A stretch of 63,406 bases of DNA, counting the filler, from Reticulomyxa filosa (Eukaryota > Protista > Foraminifera), in NCBI GenBank assembly GCA_000512085.1. It is 17 parts of 17 records of this genome, joined end to end, with 100 filler letters (N's around TTAATTAATTAA, not from the genome) between each part and the next. Parts side by side here need not be neighbours in the genome. Positions count along the whole stretch, not along the records: positions 1 to 5,700 come from ASPP01020612.1; positions 5,801 to 7,969 come from ASPP01003263.1; positions 8,070 to 14,425 come from ASPP01017024.1; 14 more parts are not named here. One strand, written 5' to 3'. The translations under genes were made by a program, and so were the position numbers. Of this stretch, positions 1 through 12,494 are shown piece after piece. The notes under the pieces were generated by a model that was not told where the DNA came from, searched no databases, and saw only the letters and a list, made by a program, of their open reading frames with translations. How positions within the stretch are numbered: the first letter of the stretch is position 1; each line of letters opens with the position of its first letter.

Positions 1-2353
1 CAACCACAAAAAACAGTGAACACAATACCAATGTCGATTATGGCAATGGCACTGTCATTCTATTCTTTGGCATGTCCGGTACGGGGAAAACGATGATGGC
101 ACATGCCGTGGCCAACTTCTTCCAACGCAAACTTCTGCTTTTAAACTTTCCTGCTCTTCAAAAAAACAAAATTGATGAAATGCTGCGACTTGCTTTTCGA
201 GAAGCCAAAATCCAAAATGCTATCATTTTTTTTGATGAGGTAAGGGATTACGTATACCCACCCCCCCCCCCCCCCCCTTTTTTTTTTTTTTCCTTTTCAA
301 AAAAAAATAATAATAATAATAAATATGGTTATGTTTTATTAAACACGTTACAATATGCCATTGTGTAGTGCGAGTCTTTGTTTGAGTCACGTGACAATCG
401 GTCCGGAATGTCCCAAGTAAATGTTACGCTGGCAATGATCGAACAGTACGACGACTTGATATTGCTGGCCACAAACCGACCCTTTGACTTGGACGAAGCC
501 ATGCATCGTCGAATCCAGTTGGCGGTGGAATTCCCACCGCCGGATGTGCATTTGAGAGAACAGATTTGGCAAAACCACATCCCTGAAAAGTTCATTTCCG
601 TTGACAAAGACGTCGATTTGCATAGGCTTTCCATCGAGTTTGAATTGACTGGAGGGTTCATTCGAAACGGTGAGATATTTGCTTTTTTTTTTTTTATATT
701 TATACACTTATTTTTATTTATTTATATATACATATATACGTATATACATATATATAAATTTATATACTGTTGTATCGGTGCTTGGCCATGATTATACGTA
801 CATTTAACTCGTACATTGGATACGTTTATGGAATGGATCTAATATACATATATACATATATATTATATATATTCAAATGGACGATGCTTTTTTTTTTACT
901 ACGTTGTGAACCCCTGCCAGCTGGTAAATTGTGTATTTATAACTTGTATATGTGTGTAGTGTGCTATGTGATGTATACAGATTATTTGTAGTAAAAAAAA
1001 AAAAAAAAAATTAAATTATGTGTAGTAATGGGTGCATTGAAAAGTGCGATTGTGCGACAAAAGCAAAACAAAATGGAGCAACTGGTGCTGACAATGGACG
1101 ACCTGTGGAATGCGTGTCGACAACAAATCATCGGCCAGTTGGAATTGACAGGCTTTAATCGTCGTGTTGTTCCTGAAAAGTCTCTGCACGACGTGGTGTT
1201 GACCGAGCCCATCAGAAAAACAGTCGAAATGATCATCCAACGCAATAAGTCAGCCAAAGTATTGTCTGGGCAATGGGGATTCGAGGTAACATATTAGTTG
1301 TTCTTCTCTTACCATTTGAAAAGATAGATAGACATAGAAAAAGAGAGAGAGAGAGAGAAAGATGACAGACAAGTAAACAAATAAATAAATAAAAAGACTG
1401 AAGGGATAACTATTTTGATCAGTGGCCCGGACGGAATCGGTAAATCAGCATTGGCAGAGGTAATTGCATACGAATGTGGGAAGCCAATGAAAGTGTTAAC
1501 ATGTGCAGAGTTACTCCATTTGCATCGTATGCGTGGAGCCAACAACGCCAATGACAACATTTTCAGCGATTTGAACAGTGGTGCCGTTGTCGTTGTGGAA
1601 AACGCCGAGCTGCTGTTCAATGGACGGACGTACGATCACGCTGTTGGCTTCATTCTTTTTCAAATGCGCATGAACACGAGCATTTTTATTTTGATTTTGC
1701 AAGGTGAACTCCACAAAGGCCTCGTTTTGGGCATGTCACCAGTGCAAAAAACTTTGTTTAGGCAGTTTCATGTTATGTTCCAAACGTATATTTCTGCATC
1801 CCCTTTTTTTTTCCCTCCTTCTTCCTTCCCCTCCTTTTCCAAATTATGAAGAAAGCTCGGTATAACAAACTCAATCACTTTTTTTTTTGTATATGTTTAT
1901 AGCATGTTATTCGATTAGAAGCTCCTACCACCAAACTTCGCAGTGAGCTTTGGCGAAAGTTAATTCCTTCGCAAACGCCTTTGGAGAGCGTGGAAACGAA
2001 ATCAAGTGATGACACGAAGGAAAAGGATCAAAAGCAAAATATCAATCCGATCGACTTTGACAAATTGGCTGAAAAGTACCCCAAATTTACGCATAAAGAT
2101 ATTAAACGCGTGATTGTGAGTTAATACTTTTTTTTTTTGAAAAGTGTTAATGTTTTCAATAATTATTTCATACGCTTCTAAACTTTTTTTTCCTCCCTGT
2201 GTCGATAGTGCGAGTGGAATTGCATGCCTACGTGAAAAACAAAGCGAAAGATATTTGAAGATGGATGATCTACTTACATGTGCAGCAAACTTAGAAGAAA
2301 AACTACAAAATGACGAACTTTCTGTCCGTGGTCTGTACGGAATGTATACGTGA
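1..2353 (+). CDS. Multi-module AAA+ ATPase, 5'-partial, about 6 exons
   Basis: Module 1 has Walker A GMSGTGKT, Walker B IIFFDE and SRH ATNRPFDLDEAMHRR. Module 2 has GPDGIGKS with a degenerate Walker B (VVVENAE). GT-AG introns join the ORF-track pieces (e.g. 240-369). Stop at 2351-2353. Confidence 0.85.
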
Positions 2354-2628
2354 CCACAGAAAAAAAAATTCAAGATGGCTATTAATAAAAAACTTATGTG
2401 TGTTGATCTTTCACAAAATTTTCTCTTTAAAGAATCACCCATTAAAATAAACTTCTTGCATCCTCCTTATTTTTTTTAAAGGACATTACACCAAAACCAA
2501 AAGCTTCAAAAGCGATTATAAAAACGCTCCTTTGTAGAGAATGTTCGTTTATTCAAAACAAAAAAAAGAAAGAGAAAAAAAGTATAAAAAAAAGACACGA
2601 ATAAACCTCGCAATAACCTAAACAAAAG

Positions 2629-3686
2629 TCAATGATTGGCCTCTCCTGAGTGATGCGGTTGGAGTTTGGCCAAAGTTTGGACAGTACAGCATCCGCAAAA
2701 CAAATTGTAAAGTGAATTTCCGAATTTAAACATACACAACATAACAAAACCTTCAATGACAATTTGTGGTATAATGACGACGTACGCAATGGGACCATTG
2801 CTTGAAAAAAAATGACGAGAACCAACTCCATTGAGGAAGCTATCAGTGTCAGTACAAACGATCTTTCAATAATATTCGGGCCGTCTTCAGATGATTTCAT
2901 ATCTGATGACGATCTCAGGATCACTGAGGTACCGCAGGCACTTTGCACGTACACTTTGTACAAACGAATTATGTAGGCATAGCCTAACCAGATGGAGCAA
3001 ACTGCGTTTCCAAACATTGCTATTGTATATATATACATATATACATGTTTATGTATTATATATTATAAAAAAAAAGGGGACACTATTCATCAAATTTTTT
3101 TATTTATTGGTGAACCTATGGCAACATAAAAATAATTGATCCACTTTGCTTCACTGCCACATCCATATCTGTAATTGGAAATATTAAAATCTGTGCATGC
3201 CTTTCGTTCGATACAAGTGGCTTGGCTAATGACCCTTCCACTTCCAAATAATCCGCACCCGAACATCACTCCTACAAACCCTTGAAACATGTATTTCATT
3301 TGCTTGGAAATTTCAAACACAGTCCCACTGAATGTGACCACCAATCGAGAAAACCAAAATATTTGCATTGAACCATAGATAAAAAGCGGAGAAATCCACG
3401 CAAATATTGCAAAGGTTACGCAAAAGTTTGGATATTGGATGTGCCACGAAAATCGTTGTGCAAATGTGTCTTCAATTAGATTTGCGAGTAAGTAGACAAT
3501 TACACTCACATGATATATTGTCAATGGGAGATGTAATGACATCGGTGGGGGCTTTTTGTAGACACAGCACAATGTATACAACGTACAACCGAGCTCGAAA
3601 CATAGGCATATAGTTAAGACCAGAATTCGGCTTCCACAAAGCTCTTTCTCTTGTGATGTATTATTATTACAAAAAGATAAAGCCAT
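2629..3686 (-). CDS. Seven-transmembrane GPCR-like protein (one intron; apparent homopolymer frameshift near 2805-2812)
   Basis: About seven hydrophobic segments, Cys at the top of TM3 (YPNFCVTF) and in ECL2. After the poly-T shift the frame reads AYVVIIPQIVIEGFVMLCMFKFGNSLYNLFCGCC (TM7, helix 8, Cys cluster). Confidence 0.6.
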
Positions 3687-4055
3687 TGTTTAGAATAAAT
3701 TCTTCGCCCCAGCTCCCTCTTTGATTTTTTAAAACAAACAACACACTGACTTAAGCAATACATTCTAAGAGCTAGAGGGTAATCAAGATAAACAGAGGGA
3801 TACTGTTGTACTCGTTAATACTTTTATTGTAATATTGTTTAAACTGACGTAGAGCGGTTAGTTTTTAGCTAAAATTAGATCAATAAAAGAGCAATGAAAA
3901 AAACATTTTTTCAAATATCCTAAAAAGTGGTAATGTTATGTACCTAGTATTATTTTGTTTTTTGTTTCCCTATATTCAACAAAATAATCATAAGCCGTGT
4001 AAAACAAGTTTCTTGTTCAAAATGATCTTGTTATTGTTAATTTAGTCCAGTACCA

Positions 4056-5570
4056 ATGAGTGAGGTTGACGTAATAAAGGGTAATATTATGTCAGGCGTT
4101 TTTGTTGCTGATATTTGATCTTTACAATAAGCAAGAAAATGATAAAGAAATCACAAAAGCAAGCAACTAAAAGTGATAGCAAAGATGCAGTGACAACAGT
4201 GGCTCAAAACAAGGAATTTTTGAATCGAATAATCTTGGGAAAGTCACACGGGAACAACACCAAATTACTTGAACAGTTACCCAAGTTTTCAGAGTTAGAA
4301 GAATTTGAGAAGACGCTCCGAGAACAAAATCAAATCACATTTGCCTCGGTATTCCACGAGCCAGTAGGAAACTATTTAATTCGTACCTATTTGTTGTCAC
4401 AGCACTCGATTGATAAAGTTCATTATTAGTTTTTTTCAACACTCTCCAACATAAAACAGTAAAATGAAAAAAATATGGAGTGCGGTTGTGACGTGTGTGC
4501 GGTTATGTGAAACTCAATGTATTAGGCAATATTTTTGTCCGACGTAGAATTATTTAAAAAATTGAAAAACCCTTCTGCTCAAAAATCTGTTGCTCAAAAA
4601 ATTTTTGACCAATTTTGTGGAGCAGAGACATCCAATCACATTCCCGGGTTATCTGTGTTTGAACACGCAAAAGTTAAAAGTAATTTGCAAAAAAAAAACA
4701 ATTAAAATATTCACTCACCTAACTACTAAAAAAAATTAACAGAATCGAAATATACCATGGTATATTGAAAAAAGAAAAAATTTAGCAGTAAACGATCATG
4801 CCAGCGAAGGAGCAAAAAATATGCAAGCTGCATCACAAAAAATATCATTATTTGCAGAAGGAACAAATAATATTGGTGTCTTTGGAAAGCCCATACAAAA
4901 AATCCACGTTTAACTGTGTTTTTAAAAAAGGGAACAACATACAATTGAATTTTAAAAAAGCTTGTATTTGTATTACTTGTAAAAATAGGAAAAAATTGCG
5001 TCTCAAAAAATTGATGAAACACTATTTGACGAGGTTTCTCAACAAGTGACAAATGATTTGTTGTTGGATATTTTTCCTCGATTTCAGCAGTCTGCTTATC
5101 ACAGGCTCTATCTTCGTTGCAAATTTTTAGAAACCAAGCCTGTGACCATTAAACACTTTGATGAGCTTAGATCATTGGGTCACGGTGCATTTGGACTGGT
5201 TAGCACAAACAAATCCTTTTTGACCAATTTACTCTTCATTTTTTTTACAATAAAAAAGCAATAAACTGCCGAAATATTGTTTGCAAAACCTACTACTCTA
5301 AATTAAAGCTAGAAAAAGGAATCATTGCAACAAATAATAATATATGTGAATGCTTTCTTTTATGTAATGCATGCTACTCAGGTAAAAGCCTGTGAAAAAA
5401 AAGATTGTAGCAAATTTTATGCCATGAAAATAATAAACAAACGACGAGTGCAAGAAACAAACTCGCTGCATACAATAGTGCAAGAGCGTGATTTGTTGGC
5501 AATGATGGATTCAAAATTTACAACAACTTTAAAATATGCTTTACAAGATAAAGATAATTTGTATTTGATG
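4056..5570 (+). CDS. GRK: G protein-coupled receptor kinase (RH domain plus AGC kinase N-lobe), 3'-partial
   Basis: N-terminal helix VTTVAQNKEFL, then LPKFSELEE and the RH-domain segment FASVFHEPVGNYLIRTYL. YLRCKFLETKPVTIKHF leads into LGHGAFG, YAMK and ERDLL...LKYALQDKDNLYL, as in GRK4/5/6. Confidence 0.85.
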
Positions 5571-5700
5571 TTTCGTGATAATTTTTATGCTACTTTTTTT
5601 TTTTTTTTTTAAAAAAAACAATTTGCACATATGAGTTTTTTTTTTTTTTTGGAAATATGATATATGGAAAACCTCTTTCTCAGTTGTAGAACAACAACAA

Positions 5701-5800
5701 NNNNNNNNNNNNNNNNNNNNNNNNNNNNNNNNNNNNNNNNNNNNTTAATTAATTAANNNNNNNNNNNNNNNNNNNNNNNNNNNNNNNNNNNNNNNNNNNN
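5701..5800. other. Artificial contig linker, 44N-TTAATTAATTAA-44N; also at 7970, 14426, 21229, 24456, 27892, 29023, 30253, 32086, 46165, 47400, 48728, 51786, 54152, 60299 and 62131
   Basis: Identical 100-bp spacer with stops in all six frames, present 16 times. Confidence 0.99.
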
Positions 5801-7969
5801 TATTTGGTCGGGTGTTGGATATGGACAATGATCGCTTGGATCGATTGCCTGCACTCGAGTGATCATGCAAAGTAGGGACAGTTTGTTCTTGACACTGTAA
5901 TAGCCATCGTATCAATGCGACAATTTCACTAACAATGCCTCTCGATACATTTGCACTAAAGATCAATTGCGCCTGGTTATTGATCGACTCACTGCGACAC
6001 TCCACATTCGGCTCGATTCCTTCCATGCTTAATGACGGTACGTAGGCGCGAGGCAGTATGCTCACAGCGATACCCAACTTGGAAAACTCGTGTGCCAGTT
6101 TGCAGCTCTTTTGGAAATCGCCTTGCGGTAACAGGATATAATATCCTTGCTCTTGAATCATTTCGGTAATGCTCATCGCTGCCAAACGTGCGCGTAACGT
6201 ATAACTCAAGCGAGGATCATCTCCTACCAAAGGTGCATAGCCTTGTGGAATGGGGAAATAAAAGTGGTTCATGTCACAAATGAACGTACATTTTTCATTT
6301 CTCTGCAAAGTCAGAGAGGGGAATAAGCCATCTTTGCAACGTGCATTGGTGAAGGCGACACCAAAGTCTTGTCCGTTCAAATAAAATTTCATTTCTTTGC
6401 GATAGCAATCTAACGCGCAACCAATGACATCTCCTTGTTGCCATTTGACAGTGGTCCAGGGTTCATCTTTGCGATGCCATTTGCGACGACGGAATCCATC
6501 GTAAGCCCAGGAATACGCATCGTCACCTGTGCCTTGTCCATCAGGACTGAAATCGACATTTGGAGTGGACCATCCGATTTGCTTCAATCCTTGCGTGTCC
6601 AAATACACCTCATAGTACCATCGTCCACCACACACTCCGTAGTTGCACACGGCTGTGGCGAATCCACTGATGCACTCCAAACTCCATCCTCGCTCCGTCT
6701 TTGATACGTTCATGCGGTCTTTCACTAATCGCATCATATTCTTTGTGTCCACCGTCACCCTTTCGCTCAACAACGGTCGAGGTCTTTGGATCGGTACTGC
6801 CTTTTCCTCACTTTCTTTTTGTTTCTCTTGGTCAAATGGAGGGGCGCTCGATGCACGTTCCTCCTCTGCTTTCAATCGTTTGCGAGGCGATTGTTTTGCT
6901 GTTTGATCCGACAGCTCTCGGCTCAATCCCAATGCCTTTTCTGCTTTTTCAAGTGGCTTGTCCGCTTCTTTTTTCTCCTTTTCTTTGTCATCGTCCTCTT
7001 TTTTTTCTTTGTCTGCGTCATTGCTACTGACCGCAGGTACTTCCGTTTGTGTTTCCTTTTTGGGTTCGTCGATCACGACAACTGTTTCAGATTGCGATGT
7101 CAAACTCGTCGTTATTGCTGTTGTCGTTGGTTGTACTTCTTTATTTTCAATTTGCGTTTGATTTTGATTTTGATTTTGATTTTGAGTTTGAGCTTGTGTT
7201 GTAGTCGGTTGGGTCGAAACGGAATCTGTTTTTTGTTCTTGTGACTCGGTTATTTTTTGTTCTTGTGACTCGGTTGTTTTTTGTTCTTGTGGCTCGGCTG
7301 TCTTTTGCTCCACTTTTTCATCTTTTTCGACTGGTTCAGCTTTTTGAACTTGTTCCGTTGTTTCAACTTGTTTGGCTTTTTCAATTTGTTCGGCTTTTTC
7401 AGCTTTTTCAGCTTTTTCGGCTTTTTCGGATTCCTCCAATTTTTTCAATTCGATGTCAATGGCAAGCTTGATTTGCTCTTCGATTTCGTTGACTTTCTGC
7501 ATGGCGAGTGCCAACTTTGCGTTCATCTTTTGCGTTCTTTCATTGTCCTTGTGCTGTTTGCGTGGCTTTGCCAACGCCTCTGCCGATTTCCAATCCACAA
7601 TGTATTGCTGTCTTTGTTGAAACGCCCGTCGACTTTTCTCAGACAAGTTTTTTTTCGTATGATTTTTCAGTTTCGCCAAAGATTTGCTTTGTCTTTGTTC
7701 TCGAATTTTGCGCCGTTTATTCCGTTGTTGCGTCTTTTTCTGCTTTTCCATCTCCTCTTTTATCTTTTGCTGTTGGTACTCTTTTTGGTATTGCAATAAA
7801 ACACGCGTTCGAACTTCCTTTCGAATTGCCTCTTTTTTCTCTTCCAATATCGCTTCTTTTGATTTTTCCACTTGAGGCACCTTGCTTTTTAGCTCTTCCA
7901 AAAACTTCATCTTTGTTACTTTGAGTTCCTGTGATTCTGATGGTACTTGTTCTTGCGTTTGTGTTTGTG
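5801..7969 (-). CDS. SPRY-domain protein with a charged coiled-coil/low-complexity N-terminal part (internal fragment)
   Basis: GRWYYEV...GLKQIGW...GTGDDAYSWAYDG...WQQGDVIGCALD...FYLNG...GLFPSLTL. EKA and EQKTTESQ tandem peptide repeats. Open for more than 2.1 kb. Confidence 0.85.
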
Positions 7970-8069
7970 NNNNNNNNNNNNNNNNNNNNNNNNNNNNNNN
8001 NNNNNNNNNNNNNTTAATTAATTAANNNNNNNNNNNNNNNNNNNNNNNNNNNNNNNNNNNNNNNNNNNN

Positions 8070-8112
<43 letters not shown>

Positions 8113-8119
8113 TGAGACT

Positions 8120-8501
8120 TGCCCCAGTGATCTTCTTCTGCCACCTATCGATACAATAAATACCCACACTTTTCTGAAAATTTTGTTGTCTGCTTGTACT
8201 TTGTTTTTAACTTGATTATGCTCTTGTAACACTTTAGTAAATTGTTTGGCTTGTCCTGCCAATTGTCGTACTACTTCATGACATACTTGACATATAATTT
8301 TATTTTTATATTCTTTATTTGGTTTTTGTCGCAGATCAACATCTGCCAATTGGGTATTTCTTCACCGTAAAAAAAAAACAAACAACCAACAAAAAACTTC
8401 ACTTGTCACCACTTTTTTTTGAGGATGAAGAAATAAGCGCCAACGTACGCATTAACAAAAACAAGAATGATGGCAAAAGCCAATAATGATATGGACCACA
8501 T
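8120..8501 (-). CDS. Secreted saposin/canopy-like protein, 3'-partial
   Basis: Signal-peptide exon MWSISLLAFAIILVFVN followed by a GTACGT donor; the next exon has ICQVCHEVVRQL (CxxC helix start typical of the saposin-B/canopy fold). Confidence 0.45.
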
Positions 8502-9787
8502 TTTTTTATTTGCTATTCGATGCCCTATCGAAAAAATTCAATTAATAAAAACACCTGTTCACTCTTCTCTGGTACGACAAATTTTTACAACGGTTTAAAA
8601 GGTTTACTCACTATCAATCGATATTTTTATTGTATTTTAATTTCTTTGCCAGAAAAGACTCTCTAACATATTTTTTTGGCTTTTCAATTGAATTTTACGA
8701 CATATCGCATTTTCATATGTTTGATTATTTTTATCACCACACAGCGATAATGAATGGCGTGATTTTGTATTAATGTATACATGCATGAAACTGATTTGAA
8801 TGTTTTAGATACGATAAGAAAGAGTTTTGCAAATGTAAAAATATCAAAATCTAACTTATGAAAAGTAAAAAAAATAAAGTTATAAAAGATAGAGGGAGTA
8901 TAACTTCTAAAACGAAATTTTATTTTTTATTTTTCTAAATTTTATATAAACGAAAATTTAAAAAAATTATAGTAATCAAAATAAAAATCAAAGCGTTGGA
9001 ACTTTGGTCGTTAGATGGTATTGTAGAATGTTTGAACAAAGAATGAGTGAAACATTGTTGAATTGAAAGAAGAATGGTATTGATGAAACTCAAATTACAT
9101 TTGATGTTGTATCACTCATGGAAAAAAATAATCCGAATATGGAATGCGACATTAGGAGAGAAATTCGAAAAATGAAGAGATTACGATAGAATAAGATAAT
9201 TAGGAGTTTATCGTAATTGCTATAAACACGACAACAGTTGTCTTTCTTCGTGCTCTGCTTGCGTTCTCTGAACTTGCTCCGGTGAAATGCCATGATAGAT
9301 AGTTAGTTTACGCTTGCCTCCAAAAATCTTTCTGAGCCGACCCATAGTTTTTGCTTTTCAAAAGTGCACAGAGGACTTCCCCTTTTTTTAAAAAAAAGGT
9401 GTAGTTGAAGCACTGTTTTGAACTGTGCTTTTCGATTCTTTTCGTCTGCAAATTTTTGCTTTACATGATAATTTACTGTTCAATTCTGTTGAGTTCAAAT
9501 CACTTTTTATTTGAAAAATTGTGTTGTCCAGCGTCCTTTACAAATTGTCTGGGAAAATTTTTCGAATTAATTTTTAAAAAACTAATTACAAAAAAAATTT
9601 CAGGTAATTTCTGCACTTTGTCATCAGATCCTCAAACAACAAAAAACTGATAACGGTTCAACACAAGAAACGCAATCAAGAACAAAAAGATGTTAAATTA
9701 GTTTGCATTTGTGGTGATTCTAAGAAACCACCTCGGAAAATTGAACAAATTTTTGTTTTATTTTTTAAAAAAACGTGTAATTTTTTC

Positions 9788-10430
9788 TTATTCAGTTGCT
9801 ACTTTTGTTGGTTGTTGAGATGGTAGATCTTCTTCAACACCAGCTTGTGTCATCAACTCACCAATAGAGCGTTCCAGCTCGTCCAGTCTCGAGCCCATTT
9901 CGTCCACTGTCGCCACATTTTTTAAAAAAAACCACATTTAATTTTTTTTTGTTGCTGTCCACTTTTTTTCCCCCTTTTCTTAATGAATGTATACGTACAG
10001 TAGAAAGGAGAGGAAACAAGATATTTTGAAGACAAAAAAAAGATTGAAAAAAAATGTAAGGCATCACATACATCTGGTTATAATAGAATTTGACATTTGC
10101 TGAAATCGAGAATGCTATCGAGTTTTGTTTGTTTTCCAATTTTATTTTTAGTAAAATATCTTTTAATTGCAAAATAGGGGCAAAAAGAACAGATAAAAAT
10201 TACCATTTGTTCAAGCAGATTTTGGACAAATTGTGTCAAATCTTGAGCTGCTTGCTCTTCGTTTCCGTCGGTTTTGGGAATGTCAATGCTTGGTTTGGTG
10301 GTGGTTTTGTCTTTTTCTTGTGTCTATTTTTTTGTTTGTTTTGCGTTTTTTGTTAAGTTGATATTGTAACGCTCATACTTAGATCAAACACAAACAACTA
10401 AACTTTTTTTTCTTTTTCTTGTTTGGACAT
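9788..10430 (-). CDS. HSBP1: Heat shock factor-binding protein 1 (4 exons; not in the ORF track)
   Basis: Spliced translation MSKQEKEKK/TQEKD...AAQDLTQFVQNLLEQM/HSRFQQMSNSIITR/LDEMGSRLDELERSIGELMTQAGVEE...*, with all introns GT-AG. Confidence 0.9.
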
Positions 10431-10728
10431 GGTGTAGTTTGCTTCTTTAGATGTCAAAATTAATTAGAAAAAAGTTTATGTTGCTTTGAAATTTTTTCCA
10501 CGGATAACAACGGCTCCCCTTCTACGAACATAATTGGAGTATATGCATCACTGTTGCTCCTAATGTAAAGCTTTTGTTTTCTTTAAAAAAGTAATTGATT
10601 TTCAATAAAGCAATTTTAATGACTTTTGATAATTTCTTCAATAGATACTGTTTTTGGTCGTACTGTGAAACTTAAAAAAAACTTCTGCACACTGTTCTTT
10701 TTGAAGAGTCAGTCAAACAAATTTTGCA

Positions 10729-11218
10729 ATGATTAGCTCGCTTTTCGTCCTTCTGTCGTCCTTGTTTATGGTGTTATATTCGTCGCCCTTTGATTGTACT
10801 TTGTTGCAAGGGTCAAACGTTACTTGGATGGCTGTGTACAACGGAGCGATTGGGACAGGGTATGCGTTATATTATCCAAATGGAAATTTTGTGACCTATT
10901 CTTTGCAAGGTGCGCTAGTAAACGCTGGCAAGTATACGATTGAAGATGGAGAGTACTTGGTAAGTTTGCATCGACAACAGTGAACAAGACACACTGTAAA
11001 TATGACAAATATGTTAGTGCTACGAAACGGAAGTTTATACGTACCCTCCTGGGGCATCATCAACATGCAATTCATTTCAATTGTTCAATCAAGAAGGAGT
11101 TATTTCATTTATTGGCTGTGAAGTATTTAATGGTCCGTGCTATGCCAACTGTTCTGGCAACTGGGCCAATTGGTATGCAGCAAGAGTGACAAACAAAGTT
11201 AGTAATCCATCTCCATAA
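10729..11218 (+). CDS. Small secreted Cys/Gly/aromatic-rich protein (2 exons)
   Basis: Signal peptide MISSLFVLLSSLFMVLYS; GTAAGT...TAG intron; exon 2 reads CYETEVYTYPPGASSTCNSF...GCEVFNGPCYANCSGNWANWYAARVTNKVSNPSP*. Confidence 0.65.
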
Positions 11219-12494
11219 TGAAGGTCGTTTTTTTTGAGAGACTAACATTATCTTGTTAAGTAACTTCCACCGTATAGCCTCATCAAAATTGGTGGACCAC
11301 GGGGGCACATTTTGTAATAAATACTTTTATTTTAAGTTGGACAAGCGATCATTCGTAGCTCCGCTTAAAAAAGAATAGGCAATCAACTTTTTTTTATTTC
11401 AGCATTTGAAAAATCCTTTAGTATTGAATTGAGAAAGCGGGTTGCGAATTTGTGTACCTTTTTTGTGCTGCAGACTTTTTTTTTTATCCATCCATTGAAA
11501 TTTAATCGAACAAGAAAAAAAAAGAAAGGGCAAAAAAAAAAACCAAATATATCAGTTCCACAATTTTCTTGTGAACATCATTCAATTTTAAGGAAAGAAA
11601 AAGCATGTCCTTTCCCCTTGATCAGTTTTTTTTTTAGTTCCCCCACTTCTTTTTTTTGTGTTTGGGATGGTTCAATGTGTTGACCTTTTCGAACTTTACT
11701 CTATTTCCATACCAACGTAAATGCGAAAAAACTGTTGCTACAAAAGGTGAAAAACAAAGGTGTTGTACCTGTTATCCACTTAAAAATGAATATAAATATC
11801 AACATCACAGCTAAGATCAACACATTGCGCACAAATCACGGAACGGAAAGCCACAATTGAAGCAAGGAAGTTTTTCCTCTGACACGACGAGGACCTGTGG
11901 TTGTGGCCGTGTTGTCAACGTTTTGACCACAGTCATCGTCATTGGAGTTTCAGCCCCTACTGTTACCGAACATGTTCTGTCTGATTTCTTTCTTCTTTAA
12001 GATTTTGATCTTTTTTCTCACAAGACCAAAAATACCTTTTTTTTGTTCCAGCAAAAACTTTTGACGGCCCTTTCTCCGTTCTTCGTTCAGGTGACAACTT
12101 TGACACGATCCCTCGTCTCTGAGTTAAGAACGACTATGTTAATGCTGATTGAAAAACTGAGAGAATTTCAAAGTGTAATTGTGTAATAAACCCTGCTAAT
12201 TTCTGCGTTTCTTTTTTGCATCACAAAAAAAACAAAGAGAAGATGATTAATTCAACACCTTCGCGTTTAATTAATAGAAAATGGAGGAGTTGAGAAAAAT
12301 TTTCCAACACCATGAAAAAAAAAAATGAAAAAATAAACAATAAAAAACAAACAAACATATAAACGCAAACAACAATATTCAGTCACATATTTCTGTCTTA
12401 TACATAACGTACATTTTTTTTTTTTTTGGATAATTAAAAAGGGGCTCACAAAAAAAAAAAAAAATTTTTTTTTTTTTTTTTGAACCTTTTTTGT

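Noticed and set aside
6435-7924. Many plus-strand ORFs rich in F/L/S/C
   Set aside because: Antisense shadows of the K/E-rich SPRY gene. The same applies to the 316-aa minus ORF in the bacterial contig and the poly-Leu ORF at 47444-47731.
9230-9390. Possible RNase P/MRP RNA on the minus strand (GGGAAGUC start)
   Set aside because: No complementary P4 partner or CR-V motif was found downstream.
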